A DNA stretch of 64,000 nt, taken from the NCBI RefSeq assembly GCF_030144855.1, contig NW_026779168.1:1-64000 (forward strand), given 5' to 3'. Each line of letters starts with the position of its first letter. The stretch's first letter is position 1. Below the pieces are notes generated by a model, which saw only the letters and a program-made list of their open reading frames with translations, did no database searches and was not told the origin of the DNA. Position numbers and translations under genes: made by a program. Below are positions 37,252 through 51,369 of the stretch, piece by piece. This DNA is from Hypanus sabinus (Eukaryota).

Positions 37252-40200
37252 GCAATGACAACATCAGAGAGATCAGTGACGTGCTCTGAAAGTACAGACC
37301 ATTTTGCATATTGAATACAAGAGCCCATAACCTTTCTGCCGTTGCAGCTTAGCACTCAATGTGTCTTTTCATGTCCACTGTCTTGCAGCTCCAATCCAGG
37401 CAGTGGTTCTCCAGGAGGTCAGAGAGAAGAGTCTGACTGTGACTAGTGGAGATTTTGGGCAGATTCATCAAGTCTGTGTTTCACATCCTTCCCCACCTGC
37501 AGAGAAAGCTTTGTTGGAATGTTTACCCCTATCAGAGCAACAGATAAAATTATTATAAAACCTTCAATAATAATGTGTCCTATTTTCATTTTATACCACC
37601 GTGTGGTGTATCCCATATTTCTGCATCAGCTGAACTACAACGGGTTAACAACATCTATTTCTGACTGTAATTAATCTGATTTGTGATGCGCAATAATTCT
37701 CTTTGTTGTGCACAGCCTGTTTGGAACAGCATCAACTCGAACGTTTATTTGCAGCACTATTCAGAATATTGTTCAGTGTTTAACTACGTTATACGTATGT
37801 TTACCTCCAGGCGGGATAATTTAACAATTATATTTATTTATTCTGTTCTTGGCAGTATGCTAGATCAGAAAAAGAAGCAGCTGTGTAAAGCTGTAAGTGA
37901 TGGAGACTCGATATTTTATGTTCCCCAGCGTGCTGCATTATCTGCATCATTGAACACAAGCTGCACCTCTTTTCATATTTTAGGTTCTTTTTCCACTCCT
38001 CCACGAACAATGTCCGGAATTATGTTTGTGTAGGTGGACCTAATATAATAGACGTAAGGCGCTCCATCCCACCACCAGCCTGCAGGTTACACCTGAGCAT
38101 GCTGTAGCCCCTGCTTACTGATGTACACTGGATACGGCGGAAGACCTTGTAACAGAGTCACAGACTGACTGTGTTGCCTGCCTCTACCCGGGTTCGGGTC
38201 GCCTTATCTGCCCTGTAGAGGAACTTGCAGTGGGAGGTGCATTTGGGCACTGACAACATAGGTAGAACGAGGAAAGAGGATCTTTGCATTACCACCAGAG
38301 CGACATTCAATAGTGTCCGGGAGATTAGCGAGTAAATACGAGTTCATGAAGGAGATTATATATTACAGGGAGACTCTGACCTTTTGGGGAAGAGTGCCAC
38401 AGAGTGGCAAATGGATTACAATAAAGATATGTACTTTCTGATGAGATTGATGAGGCTGATGTACTGTGCACATCTCTACTCACATCATTTTACGGGGACA
38501 CAGTCGGGTACACCAAGCCTCCGTGTGTCCCTCAGCATGTACTGCCGCAGCCTGAAAAGTGGCAGTAGGGGACAGGCGGAAAGTGGCTAGTTTGATGTTT
38601 CACGGGATATTAACACAGAGCACTTTAGCAGCGGTATAGTAAATTATGAATGGTATAGATAGGGTGAATGAATGCGTTGTATTGTGAGAAACGTGTTTGA
38701 CCTTACAGCTATTGTAGGGAGATGGTTGCAGGCTGACCGGGAGATGGACCTCAGTGTTCGAACATATTCATTGTTCCAGCCCTGTCCGAAGCCCGGATGC
38801 AAATGGAGTAGAGTTGGACATCCTAACTCCAGAAATTCAATCACTCAAAAACCATGAACTACAGAAGCTCAAAAGTCTTCATCTCTGAGAAAGGATGTAT
38901 CACGCACGAAGATTGGCTGCACCTGGGGACAGTGTGAAAGACTGGCACAGCACAAAGAACTCGGGTCAGTGGTCTGTGCCCCAGTGCACATGATTTGCGA
39001 AACTGACCACGGTCTGACCGGGAGATATAGAGTAACGGATTCCAATTCAATCCCCCTCCACCTGCAATCTGGTGCCCTGTAGGGGTCCAGGTGTTGTCTT
39101 GTCCAAGCTACACACAAACAGCACACAGGTGCATTGAATGGTTAATGGTCATTTATATCAGTGTGATTGGTGCAGAGAGACGGAGAAGTGTTGTTACAAT
39201 GTCAGACAAGTGCACCCTGATGGATTTTGGGAAGGTAATGCAGAACAGGACTTAGGCAGTGTCATGCAGAGTGTTAATGAACAGAGAGATCTTGGGGTAC
39301 AGGTACATGGTTCCCTAAAAGTCACAACACAAATTGTCATGGTTGTGAAGTAGGTGAACAACATGCCTCCCTTTAGCAACAGAGGAGTTGCAAAATCACA
39401 TTACAGTTGTACAAAATATTCATTAAATCACAGCTGCAGTAACCTGTGTAATTCTGGTCAGCAAAATAAGGAAGAAGTGATTAAGCTGGAAAGGTGAAGA
39501 CAAAATTCACAGAAATGATGCCTAGACTGGGGTCTTGTGTTACAGATAATGATCGGACACTCTGGGGCTGCTTTCGCTGGAGTGAAGGAGGCTGAGGGTG
39601 GACCTGACCGAAGTTTATAAAACTATGCAGTTATAGATAAGGGAAACAGTCAGAGTCATTTTCCCAGGGTGGAAATATCAAATTCAAGAAGGCTGCCTTT
39701 ACAGTGACAGGGTGATCATTTAAAGATGGTGAACATGGCAAGTGGTAGACCAGTGTTATTTACAGAGTGGTGGGGCCTGTTATGGGCTGCCAATGGGGAG
39801 TGATGGAAGCAGATATGATAGTGACATTGAAGGGAGAGAAGTGATTCTGTTTAATGTGGCATTGTGTTCAGCACAGACATGGTGGGAAGAAGGACCTGTT
39901 CCTATACCGCACTGTTCAGTGCTCTGAGTGAGCCTCAGTAACAGCAAACTATTTAACAGGGGGCACCGACAGGGGTATCTGTGGCAGCTAGTCGGATCCC
40001 CAAGAGTGTTGGAGAGCAGACAGACCAAGGATTACAAGTACATAGTACTCTGGAAATGTAGGTAGGGTGGTGAAGAAGGCATTCATCAGTTAGAGATTGG
40101 AGTACAGGAGATGGGACTTCATGTTGTGACAGTACAGATCATTGGTGTGACCACAATGTATTGTGGGCAGTTCTGGTGACGCATTTATAGGATGGAAGTT

Positions 40201-43200
40201 ACTAAGCTGGGAAAGGGCAGAACGTTTTGAAAGGGGAAAGATCAAAAGGGACAATTTGGCAACCTCTTCCACAGAGTTGTGGGTATATATACGAGCTGCA
40301 AGAAAACGCTGCTGAGGAGACACAATCACAATGTTTATCAGACATTCGGGCAGGTGAATGGATAGAGAGGGATCTGGACCAGACACAGTTTAAATGGAAT
40401 TCTAGGATACACACCGTGGTCAATATGGCCGCGTTTTTGCCCTGTAAGATTCTGTAACTGAGTGCAAGATGGACAGCACTAGACGTTCCTCACTCCAGGA
40501 GTAGATAGTTCACATGAGACGAGGGGGTATGTACAAGATGAGAAGAGGAATGTGCAAAAAAACGTTTCTCCCCACGTCAGTTAAATCATTCTTGCCTCAC
40601 CACAAATCTGCCCTATCTAGTATTAGATGGTATTTGTTGTGGATGACTGCAGCCAGTCACTTTATCAGCCATGTCCCTCAGAGTTTATACAGTTCTATAC
40701 GCTCAACACTCAGCTTTCTACATTCCGGGAGCACAGACCGAGGCTTCCCCGCCTCTCCTTGTAACTCAGTCCCAGTCGCTCCTTGTGAATCTTTCCTGAA
40801 CCCTCTCCAGCTGAATCACATCTTTTCTGTTGCTGGGCAACAATCCAACTACAGTCTCAACAAAATATTGTATAGTAGTGAGGGTACATCCTAACTCTTG
40901 TATTCACTGCCCTGACGGATGAAGGATTCATGAGAAAGGATCTCCTCACCACCTTGTGTACACTGTCACCACTTTCAAAGACCCACAGACTCATGGATCA
41001 TTTACCTAAATAAATAAATGAAGAAGTTTTGGTGTTATTAATTTAATTGCATACTCTTTATCTAGATTTAGGATATTGCTGAAGATCTGATCATATTTAG
41101 ATCATATTTATGCAGAAATAGAGAAAATCCTACAGGATTCACGAATTTCTCTCACGTCTGTAGCTGTGTTTTGAGCCATTTGTCACTCTGGCCCTTTTCC
41201 CTAACTGATCAGGATCTCCCTGCAATCTATGCGAACATTCTTCACTATCAACATCATGTCCGAACTTACTGATGAAGCCTTCTGCATTTGTATGCAAATA
41301 CATTGTTAAAATAGTGAACAACAAGACTCACAGCTCAGCCCGCTGGAGCAGATCACTAATTCCCAAACTGCATTCTGAGAAACAGTTTTACTTACCTCTT
41401 CAAAAACCTCTGCAGATCCATCAAACACAACTTCCTGCAAACAATCCACGCTGACTCCTGCCAATCAGACACAGTCCATCCAAATACAGGTGATTCCTGT
41501 CCCCCAGAATCCTCTCCAGTAGCGTCCGAACTACTGAAGTCAGGCTGACTGACCTGCAGTTCACAGGCTTGTCCTTGACAGCTCTTTAAACAGTAAAACA
41601 ACATTAACCACTCTTCAGTCATTGCAGCAATCTTCAGTGGACCTCAACAATTTTCTCTCCACTTCCACAAAGCAGTGGGTCAGGCCCTGATGATTCCCTT
41701 AATGCAGGCCCTTAATGCAGTTTAGTCTACTGATGACTGCTCGCTTCTAATATGAATATCCTCCAAAGCAACTTCACGAGTTTGCATTATCCATTGAGCA
41801 ACCATGATATTGGACCCGTAAGCACAAAGTAGAAATCATTGATAGATTCATGATCCCACCCATTCCCTGTGCCTCACGAAAAGGAGACCCTACTGTTCTC
41901 TATGGTGCCACTCTCTCCCAAGCCACACTGTTACTCCTAACGTAGCTACAGAAACTCTTGGCATTTTCCTGACCTGGAATTAGACTTGCTTCCCTCTTAA
42001 GAGTATTCTTAAGAAAATGTTATTCTTGTCAGGTGATGGGGTCCAAGCCTTCAAGAGTTGAGTGCACAAACACCGATCATCTCTGGGAGGGAAGTCACAT
42101 GCTTCTTCATAAGCCTTCATGAAAGCGACCAGGATGGCAATGCTTGGTTGTTGGTAGGTAGGGTTTAAAACCTGACTTTCAGGAGCACTTGTGAGTTATG
42201 TTCCGACTGGACTCAGTCCTCAAACTGCTGGAGAACAGTGCAGAAAGAAAAGGTGCCGTTTTCTCCCGGTCGGGATTTGTTTTTCTTTCCAAGAGCTCCT
42301 GCAACGTCTTGTCACCCTGCAGCCTTATCCTTCAATCTCTGTGAATTATTGACAGAATGTGCATAAACATCTCTATCCAGCAGACCTATAATGAGCATCA
42401 TGACTCCAGTATTTCTATTATTCTTTAATGTTTTTAATTGTACACAAGATTTTTTTTTCTATTTTATCGCTGAGCAGCAGTGAACCATCTGAATGGTCTA
42501 GCAGTGTTCTGTTTGAGAACTAGTAATGGAAGTCGCTCAAAAACCTCCCTCAACGTACTGTGAAGTGTATCCTAACAGGCCGATTCACTCTTTGGTGGGG
42601 ATGGGGGCAGTTACTGCGCAGGACCAAAATCAGCTTCCAGAAGTTGTAAAATTAGTCTGCTCCGTCTTGGACTCGAGCCTCGGTAGCATCCAAGACATCG
42701 TCAGGTAGTGATGCATCAGAAAATCGACGTCAGCAATGCAGGACTTCCATCACCCAGGACCTGCCCTCTTCTCGTTGTTAAAGGCAAGAAAGAAATACAG
42801 AAGTCTGAAGGCGCATAATCAGCGATTCGGGAACAGCTTCTTCCTCTCTGCCATCCGATTCCTAAATGGACATTGTATCAATGACCACCTCACTTTTATA
42901 ATATATATAATTTTTGTATTTGCAGCATATTTCGACATTTAAGTATGCATATATGCTTACTGTTATTGTTTTACTTGTTTTGTTTTTTTTTCTATGTTTT
43001 CATGTATTGTATGAAACTGCTGCTGGTAAATTAACAAATCCGAATCAGGTTTATTACCACTGGCATGTGTCGTGGAATTTGTTATCTTAGCAGCAGCAGT
43101 TCACTACGATACATAGTATGGAAGGAAAAACAAAATAAAATAATAACAATTATAGTGTCCAAGGTTTCAATCCCCTTTTAGGAATCGGATTGCAGAGGGT

Positions 43201-45990
43201 AAGAAGCCGTTCCTGAATCGATGAGTGTTTGCCTTCAGGCTTCTGTACCTCCTACCTGATGGTAACAGTTTCCAAATTTCACAACACATACAGGTGTTTA
43301 AAAAAACCGATTCTGATTCTGATACAAGTGATTCTTGATCAGCTTGTTGAGTTGGCTGAGGAATGGCAAAAGGTTTTCACTCCAGATGAGTGAGGTGTGG
43401 CACTTTGTGAAAGTCATGTCAGAGCTGGACTTTGTGATCTCAGCACTGTCTGTCATAGAAATTTTACTCCCCTCCATTGACTCCAGCTGCATTTCTAGCT
43501 GCCCCAGGAAAGCAGTTAACATAAACAAAAACCCTTTCCACCACGTCATTCTGTCTTCTCACACCCTCCATTGGGCAGCTGACATGAAGGAGTGTGAACA
43601 CACAGCACCAGGATCAAGGACAACATGGTTCCTAATGTTTCTTAATTGTACGCAGGATGTTTTGTATTTTACAACACTTTAAAAAGTATTCATACCCACT
43701 TTGGAAGTTTTCATGTTTTATCGTTTTACAACATTAATCCACAGTGGTTTAATTTGGCTTTTTGACACTGAAAAACAGAAAGACGAGTTCGTGTCAAAAT
43801 GAAAGTGATGTCTAAAAAGTGATATTCACCCCTTAAATATGGCAAACCAGATAGTCACTGGTGCAGACAATTTGTTTGAGAATTCATATAATTATTTAAA
43901 TAGAAATCACCGTGTGCAGTCTGGAAGCTTCAATTAACTGTCGTAAAAATGCCAATTGCTGTTGCGTCAGTGTCTCATGTTCTCTTCCATTTTTATATCC
44001 CATGAGCACCTCATTTGTTCCGGCCTGCTTATACCTGCAGTGAACCTCCTTTTATATCTTCACCAGGGCCTCATCATCCAAAAGGACCGAAGATGTCTAC
44101 ATCTTTCAAATTTACCTTTTATTCAGTCAGACATATATAAGAATTTTACTCCCAACTTTTTGAAGCTTCCCACTTCCCAAGTTCACATTTGCCAGAAAAC
44201 AGCCTGTCCTAATCCACACTTGACAGATTACTTCTGATTCCATTAAAACTGACCTTTCTCCAAGTTAGAATCTCACCCCGCACACCAGACCTAAACTGGT
44301 GCGTATCTACCGTGAAACAAATCACCTTGTGGTCACGAGATGTAATGTGTTCTCTACACAAACTTTTGCCACTGCTCTCTCTCATTCTCTAATCGCAGAT
44401 CAGGTATCGCACTCTCTCCATTTGCAGTTATTTCCATGTTCATAACAAAATTGAATAGAACTCGGTTCCTCAATGGCCTACCAAATGTCAGTCAAAGAAC
44501 TATTTTGGAATGCCACCGAATAATGGGTCTCTGGATATGTCCATCTACTCCCATTCACGCACAGTGACCTCGCAGTCTGAAGATTCTGGCCACAAACCCA
44601 TCAAATGCGTCATCCATGTCACTAAGAGAGAGGTTAAAATGAAATGGTCCCAGCCCAGTCACTTCTGGAAAACCACGAGTTATTGGAAGTCAACCAGAAA
44701 GGTTTTACTTTGTTCCCAGTCTCTGTGATAGACAGCAGCTGACAGATGTGTGTAAGGGAACATTTTGGGATCTGCACAGAAGGGAAGATTTGCACCTGAA
44801 CTGCAAGGGAACTAATGTCCCACTATAACACCAACCATATGTTTCTTGCGATCTACGATCTCTCTGCAAATTTGTTCTTCTAAATCCGTCGGGGTGTTGA
44901 GTTCTCTGTAATACAGCCCCATGAACGAGATCATAGCTTTTTTTGTATTCATCGGTTCCAAGGAAAACGCATCATGGGACGATTTTTCCAGTCTGGCCTG
45001 ACTGAGCACAGCTGTACAATTTTTCCATGAATAGCAGCACCACCCCTCTTGCTTTAATCCCCCGCGATCTGTCGCGTCTAAAGCAATGGAAACTCGAAAT
45101 ATGGACCGGCCAGTTGTGTCCCTCCGCACCCAAGTCTCTCTACTGGCTACAATATCATACTTCCAGGTGTTCATGTACAGTACAGTTCATCGCAAAAAGC
45201 AACATTCCCAAAAGCGCCACCTGTGAGTTTCCACTGACAGCCAGACAGAATGGGACCCCATATTTCCACTCTCAGTTTTCTGCCGATCAGCCAATGCTCC
45301 ACCTGCGCTATTAACTTCCCTGCATTTCCATGGAATCCTATCTTGCTAGGAATTTCCAATTACACCATATCTGCCTCATCTCGTTTGACTGTGAGCTTGT
45401 ACTTACCGCAAAAATTGTAGTAGTTCTTTATTAGGCTGGATTTCCCTTTCAGGAACCCACGCTACCTTTGGCCTATCTAGTCATGTGCCTCCAGGTACTC
45501 CATGATCTTATCCCTAACGACCGTTCCCAACAAGTTTCTAAACACTGATGTCAGGCTAACAGGTCTATAGTTTCATATATCCCACCTTCCACCCTTCTTA
45601 TACAGCAGAGTAACATTTGCAATTTTCCAGTCATCTGGTACTTCGCCAGAACCTATCGATTCTGGAAAGATCATTATTATCGCCTCCGCAATCTCTCAGC
45701 TACTTGGTTCAGATCCCTAGGCGGTCAAGTTGCCGGACATGAGGCTGCCTAACAAACAGAGAAGATTCTAGCATTGTCTGACTAGCAGAATGCAAAGTGT
45801 TTGAAGTAAGGGAGGCTTTTCTTGTTTGACTGCCGTGATTGGTGTTGTTCCACAGACGTCTGTGTTGGGACCGATCACTGCTACATTCTATGCCAGTGAA
45901 TTGGATGATGGCTATGTCGCAGGGATAGCGGACGATATGAAGATAGGAGAAGGGGCAGGCAGATTTGTCGCAGGGTTTGCGGACGATATG
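37252..45990 (+). repeat. Direct segmental duplication, copy 2 (A-B-C)
   Basis: Matches copy 1 but retains ~540 bp (40850-41388) and ~320 bp (45005-45325) that are absent from copy 1. Confidence 0.92.
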
Positions 45991-46068
45991 AAGGTCGGTG
46001 AAGGGGCAGGTAGCTTTGTCTCAGGGTTTGCAGACGGTATGAAGGTCGGTTAAGGGGCAGGTAGCTTT
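45912..46068 (+). repeat. 51-bp tandem triplication within a CR1 RT fragment
   Basis: Units start at 45915, 45966 and 46017; each encodes a (F/I)ADD-like RT motif. Confidence 0.85.
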
Positions 46069-46699
46069 GAGGAAGAAGAGAGGTTGGAAAAGGACTCAGC
46101 CACCTGAGGAAAAAAGAGGAAAGGATTGGCAGATGGAGTTCAGTACCGGGACGTGTATGGTGATGCACTTTAAAAGACAGCCAATGATCCAAAAGTCTGA
46201 AACTCCTCCGCCTGCTCCAGCTCCATCGTCACACTTTAAACTGTATAATCTTCATACTTCTGATTTCAATGGTACTGTGGCATGGGTAGCAATGCTAAGG
46301 ACACAACCCTGCAATACCTGTCATTTAACTTTGCACACATCTCCCTGAACTCACTTTAAGGATTATTGACCCTCTTCCTACCCATGACATTGGTCTCTAG
46401 ATGGACCACAGCATCTCACTGTTCAGCCTTCACATCAGAATCTGGAGCAGAATCGGAAAATCTGACGCAAGAAATCTGCGTTTCCATCGTGGCTGTTCCA
46501 TTTTCCCTTTCAACCCTCATCTCCTGCCCTCTCAGCGTCGCCCTTCCTGCCCTGTCTAAACAAGAATTTATCAACCTCTGCCTTAAATATACCGAATGAC
46601 GTCTCTGGCAAAGAATAGCACAGATTGACAACCGTGGCTGACAAGAGAAGTCGAAGCCAGCATCAGAGAGGGAATAAAATACAACAAAAATAATTCCAG

Positions 46700-47410
46700 C
46701 AGTAGCTGACTAGCAGACGATGAAGAATGGGAAGAGAGGGGACTTTTCCGGCTGGCTGCCAGTGAGAAGTGTTGTTCGATAGACGACTGTGTTGTGATAA
46801 TTCTTTCACGTTATATGTCAATGATTTCGATGATGTAATCGATGGCATTCTTACAACGGTTGCAGACAATACGGAGATGGGTGGAGCGACAGATAGTTTT
46901 AAGGACGGAGCGAGGCTGCAGAAAGACTGACAGATGAGGAAAATGGACAAAGAAGTGGCAGGTGGAACGCAGTGCCTGGAAGTGTATGGTCATTCACACT
47001 TGTAGAGGAAATGAAAGTGTTGAGTACTTTCTAAGTGGAGAGAAAATGCAAAACACGGACAAGCAGAGAACTGGGACTCGTTGAACAGCATTCCCTCAAG
47101 GTTATTTCAGGGTTCAAGTGTGTGATGATGAAAGAAAATGCGACATTAGCATTTATTTTAAGGTAGCTACAATGCAGGAACAAGGATGTAATGTAACGGC
47201 TTTATAAAGTGCTGGTGTGGCCTCAAACGGAGTATTCTGAACAGTTTTAAACCGCTTATCTTCAGAAGAATGTGCTGAAACTGGAGAGCGTTCAACGAGG
47301 TTCACGAACATGATTCCAGGTTCGATGGCTTCCGGTCTGCAATCACTGGGATTCAGAAGAATGAGGGGTGACCCGATTGAAACCTATCGAATGGTGAAAG
47401 GCTCTGACGA
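46700..47410 (+). mobile_element. CR1 RT decayed fragment
   Basis: LQKD...KKWQV, LYKVLVWP..EYSEQF and LESVQR-like motifs. Confidence 0.7.
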
Positions 47411-47489
47411 TGCCCCGGGAAAGTAGAGGCGGATGAGCCTGACACCAACAGTTAACTTATTGTCAGACAGTCTAGGGGACAGGGTATAG

Positions 47490-48420
47490 AAGTATTTCAA
47501 AGGTATCAAATGTTTCAAATGTGTAGTTAATGTAAGAGAAATGGAAACAGAAACGGAAAACCCTCTTTCCGCAACCATCCACGAAAACAGAGGAGATTCC
47601 CAATGAATGAATTACAGTTAAATGCTAGCACCCCAAATTCTCTCCAGTTGACCCCACCCACGCAGAAACAGTGGTAAAGCAACCATCTCCCTCCCCACAC
47701 CCACCAGTTAAAGAAAGCATCGGTGCCCTCCACCGAGCACTGAAACGTGCAGCAAAGCGTCAATAGGGACACAGACTTGCAGAACCCCAAAGAGTACACG
47801 TTCACCCGGTAATTCAACATCCCACAGCCTCTCCCCCCATCTCTTTCTCTCTCCCTCTTCTTCGCTCTCTCTCTCTCTCCCCCTCTCTCTCTGCCCCCTC
47901 TCTCCCCCCCTCACCCCCCCTCTCTCTTTTTCTCCCTCTCTAATACAGGAAAAATGGGTGTGCCGCTTTCACAGCGAGAAGGGGACACAACAAACAGCTC
48001 GCTGATTTAAGATGTTAAATGTCTGTTGTGTTGTTTGTTCCGAGCTCTGTGCCCGAGGAACTCGGGTCTCCGGGCACTCGGCCAGCAGCCAGCTCGCTGC
48101 TTTCGATCTTCCGTCTCCCACGACACACCGATTTCCTGCAACGGCACCGACCTCGACTCCACCCGCCTCCAGAGCCACGAAATCCCGGGATACTGAAGGC
48201 GCGCTGGTGTTTTAGCCCTCGTCCTTGGTATATCGAATAACGGCCAGTCGTCAGACTCCGAGAACGGGTCCCATTCTCGCAAAGTACCAAAGTCAGTTTG
48301 TAATTCCAGGTCGGGGTCTTCAAAAGCAACATGAGAGGGAAAATAGAGATATTAAAATAGAACAAGAGCTCTTTCCGAAGTCCCAAACAAGGAGTCGCCG
48401 TTAGGCGCCATCGTCCTCCT
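47490..48420 (-). mobile_element. Unclassified interspersed element (possibly non-autonomous L1/Tx1-derived) with CT-rich tract 47830-47940
   Basis: The minus-strand 5' end reads GATGGCGCCTAACGGCGAC, similar to L1-type starts; CpG-rich and non-coding. Confidence 0.35.
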
Positions 48421-49849
48421 CAGCTCCACGTAACTGCGGATTTGAATGGGAATATGATAAACTGGATTTGCAGCTGACACCTCGATACAAAGCATGAGTG
48501 GCAGTGAGGCAGATTATCGGAACCTGGAGATGAGTTTAGCAGCTGGATAAATGGGCTGACGGTTTTGCAGCTGGAATGTAATGAAGACAGATGAGAGGTG
48601 TTGCAATTTGCCGGGAACAACAGGGTCGGACTCAGGCAGTGACTGGTCGGGGATTGTGGTCTGCGAAGGGCAGAGGGATCCGGGAATACAGGTCCATAGT
48701 TCTGGGCAGGGTCATGAAGAGACCCTTTGCCATATTGGCGTTCATGAATTAAACTACTCAGTACACGAATTGGAATGTTATGTTGAATTTATGAAGGACG
48801 TAAGTGAGCACAATCCTGGAGGATTGTGTGTAGTTCGTATCATAGAAAACCTATAACACAATGCAGGTCCTTCGTCCAACATAGCTGTGCTGAATCTGTC
48901 CCTGCCATAGACCTATCTAGGCTTTCCCATAACCCTCCATTTTTCTAAGCTCTGTGTGTCTATCCAGGGTTCCGATCTACATATAAGAAGTATCAAGAAA
49001 CTTGAACGATCAGAGCGAACATTTATAATGATGTTTCCAGAAGGTGAGGACCTGAGTTGGAGAGAAAGATTCAAAGGGTTTTTTTCGCACCTAAGCTGAG
49101 ACTTTTCCCCCTCAGGTTGGGTGAGGCCTGAAAAAGAAGTCATCAGTTCGGGGTAAAAGGAAAAGGGTTTAAGAGTAAAAAGTAAAGGAACTTCTTTACT
49201 GAGTGGACAGTGTGAGTGTGGAATGAGACACCAGTGGAAGTGGTGAAATGAGGTTCCATTGAGACACTTGGACATGTACATGGACGGCAGGGATGGTCCT
49301 GGTGCCGGCCGAAAGGGCCGTCGGGAAACAGACTATCACACTCTGGAGGAGACGATGGTTATGTTGATGTGTGAAGAGTTTGATAACTCTACATCCAATC
49401 CCTAAGAATCCTCTCGAAGCTTGTCTAACCCTAACGTGACTCTACGTTTTCCAGGATTATCCACCGCCTTCTTAAATAACAGAATAAGATCGATCAGCGC
49501 TTTTCTGAGATCTTACTCGTGTTCCAGAGAGCACAAATATATTGGTCAAGTCACTAGTAATGTCATTTCCTGCCTCACTGAATAATCCGCAGTATATCCT
49601 CCCAGGCTATGAGTAAATAAACCACCTTACAGCCCGATAAGAGACCAAACACTACCTCCTTTGTGGTCCTGCACTTAGACAAATTTAAAAGGCATTGTGA
49701 GTAAGTACAGAATAGGAAAGGTTTAGTCAAAGACTCCAGCAGTAGGGAGCGCCTGTGCCCATGCGACTATTCAAGCTAACTCATGCTCAGAGGAAATGGC
49801 TCATACGCAGGCAGATGGGACAATTCTGTTGGGCACCAGTGCAGCCTGG

Positions 49850-50550
49850 AAGGGCCACTCTCAATGCTGAAACTGGAGGGTTTCATCCAAAACAAGTGCT
49901 GATAGTTTTATAAGGAAGGAGGGAGGGTGTAGAGTTGTGAATCTGAATGAACCGTATGTGGGATTTGCTGTAGAAATATTTGATTCAGCAGGTAGTTGTA
50001 TAAGACTGATTATGGTTTACAACGCTTGTGGAAAACTTTTGAGTTGTGAGAAAGTATATTTTGTTCTCGCTCACGAAGAGTTGTCTGCTGCTGAGATTAT
50101 AACGCAGTTCACTGAGGGTTTGTTTGTGGAATGATGGTAATGGTTTGATTAAAGAACAGTTTTTCAACTTGTGTGTCTGAACGGGTACGAGATTTAATAT
50201 TCACAGTAGTTCTGGAACTGCTGCAGAATATTGACGAAGATGTGTATTTTTACATTGATAGGTTATGTCACGTTATTCAGCATACTGCGATGGAAGTGAT
50301 TCCCATTACAAACAGAATTAATAGGAGAAAGGCTGTATCACTGTAGACTGTGGAGTGTGCAGAGGCGATTCGGGAGTGGGACAAGGCGTTTAGGAAAGTG
50401 AAGAAGTATCAGTGCCCCTGTAACCTTATTAAGTATAAAAGGGCAGAAGCCACAAGGGTGAGGAAAGTGGTGAAGATTGCGAAAAAGATTTTCTGTGGAC
50501 ATACTGTGACAATATTGCAGGGGATTGGTAGGTCAGACGTCACCAGGACA
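49850..50550 (+). mobile_element. Nimb/I-clade LINE endonuclease-region remnant
   Basis: Decayed R.EG.GG, VYN and W..EC..AIR..DKAFR motifs; homologous to 62330-63050 rc. Confidence 0.5.
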
Positions 50551-50579
50551 AGATGATACATGTCATTGTTTGGTCAGAT

Positions 50580-51120
50580 AAATGGGGATGTCGGCATATT
50601 TCGGGGTTTGCCAATGAATCTAGTATTGCGGACGGGTATGGCGGAGCATCCAGCTTTGCGGATGTGCACAGCTTTAGGGGTATGTCAGCGAATGTGTGAG
50701 TACACACGGATTTCGTGGTGTCCGATGCTTTGGGGTGGTCACTGATTTGAAGGTTCAATGAGGGTTTTCTGGAGAGCACAGATTTCTGGGTGCAGACTGA
50801 TTTGCACACAGCTGGGCGTGTTGGCGGATTTGGGGGTGAACACTAAACTGGATGAGCCGGGGCATCAGGAGATGTGTCGGATTTCAAGGATTTTCCGTTT
50901 ATCCATACTTTAATAATCCATAATTTGTTCTTCCTAGTGGTTTAAATGGTGGCAACCTTTTGTGAACTGCTTGAAATGATTCTTGCTCTGGCACAATCTA
51001 ATGCGCATGTGGGGGTGCCTCGTGATTTGGAGCTGCGACAAGTCTCGAAGTTATTTCATTTGTACGTTCAGACCTAATAAATGTAATTTGATTTATGCCC
51101 TCTGTTCTTGTCTTTATTCA
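50580..51120 (-). repeat. Composite minisatellite upstream of gene C
   Basis: Aligns with 6150-6640 upstream of gene A. Confidence 0.75.
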
Positions 51121-51283
51121 TTGTCCAGGCTCCATTTTGAGAAGTGTTGGAACTGTGCAGTTTGGGGAGACAGATGAGAAGGGACTAAACCAAGGGCATA
51201 AAGTGAATTGGAGATGGTCACGTGCATAGTCCGGCAGGGTCAGGCAGAGACAGTCGGTCTACCCACACACAGACAGACAGAGG

Positions 51284-51369
51284 TTTTTTTTTTTTGACGC
51301 CAGATGGATTCGAACTCGGGAATCTTCACTCCGAAGTCCGGCGTTGATCCCACGACAACATCAGCCGGC
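51284..51369 (-). mobile_element. Short tRNA-derived retroposon (SINE head) with poly(A)
   Basis: Minus strand: degenerate A box, B box GAGTTCGAATCC, then A12. Confidence 0.65.

Noticed and set aside
51296-51369. Functional tRNA gene
   Set aside because: Degenerate A box, poor acceptor-stem pairing, and an A-tail rather than a T-run terminator on the coding strand.
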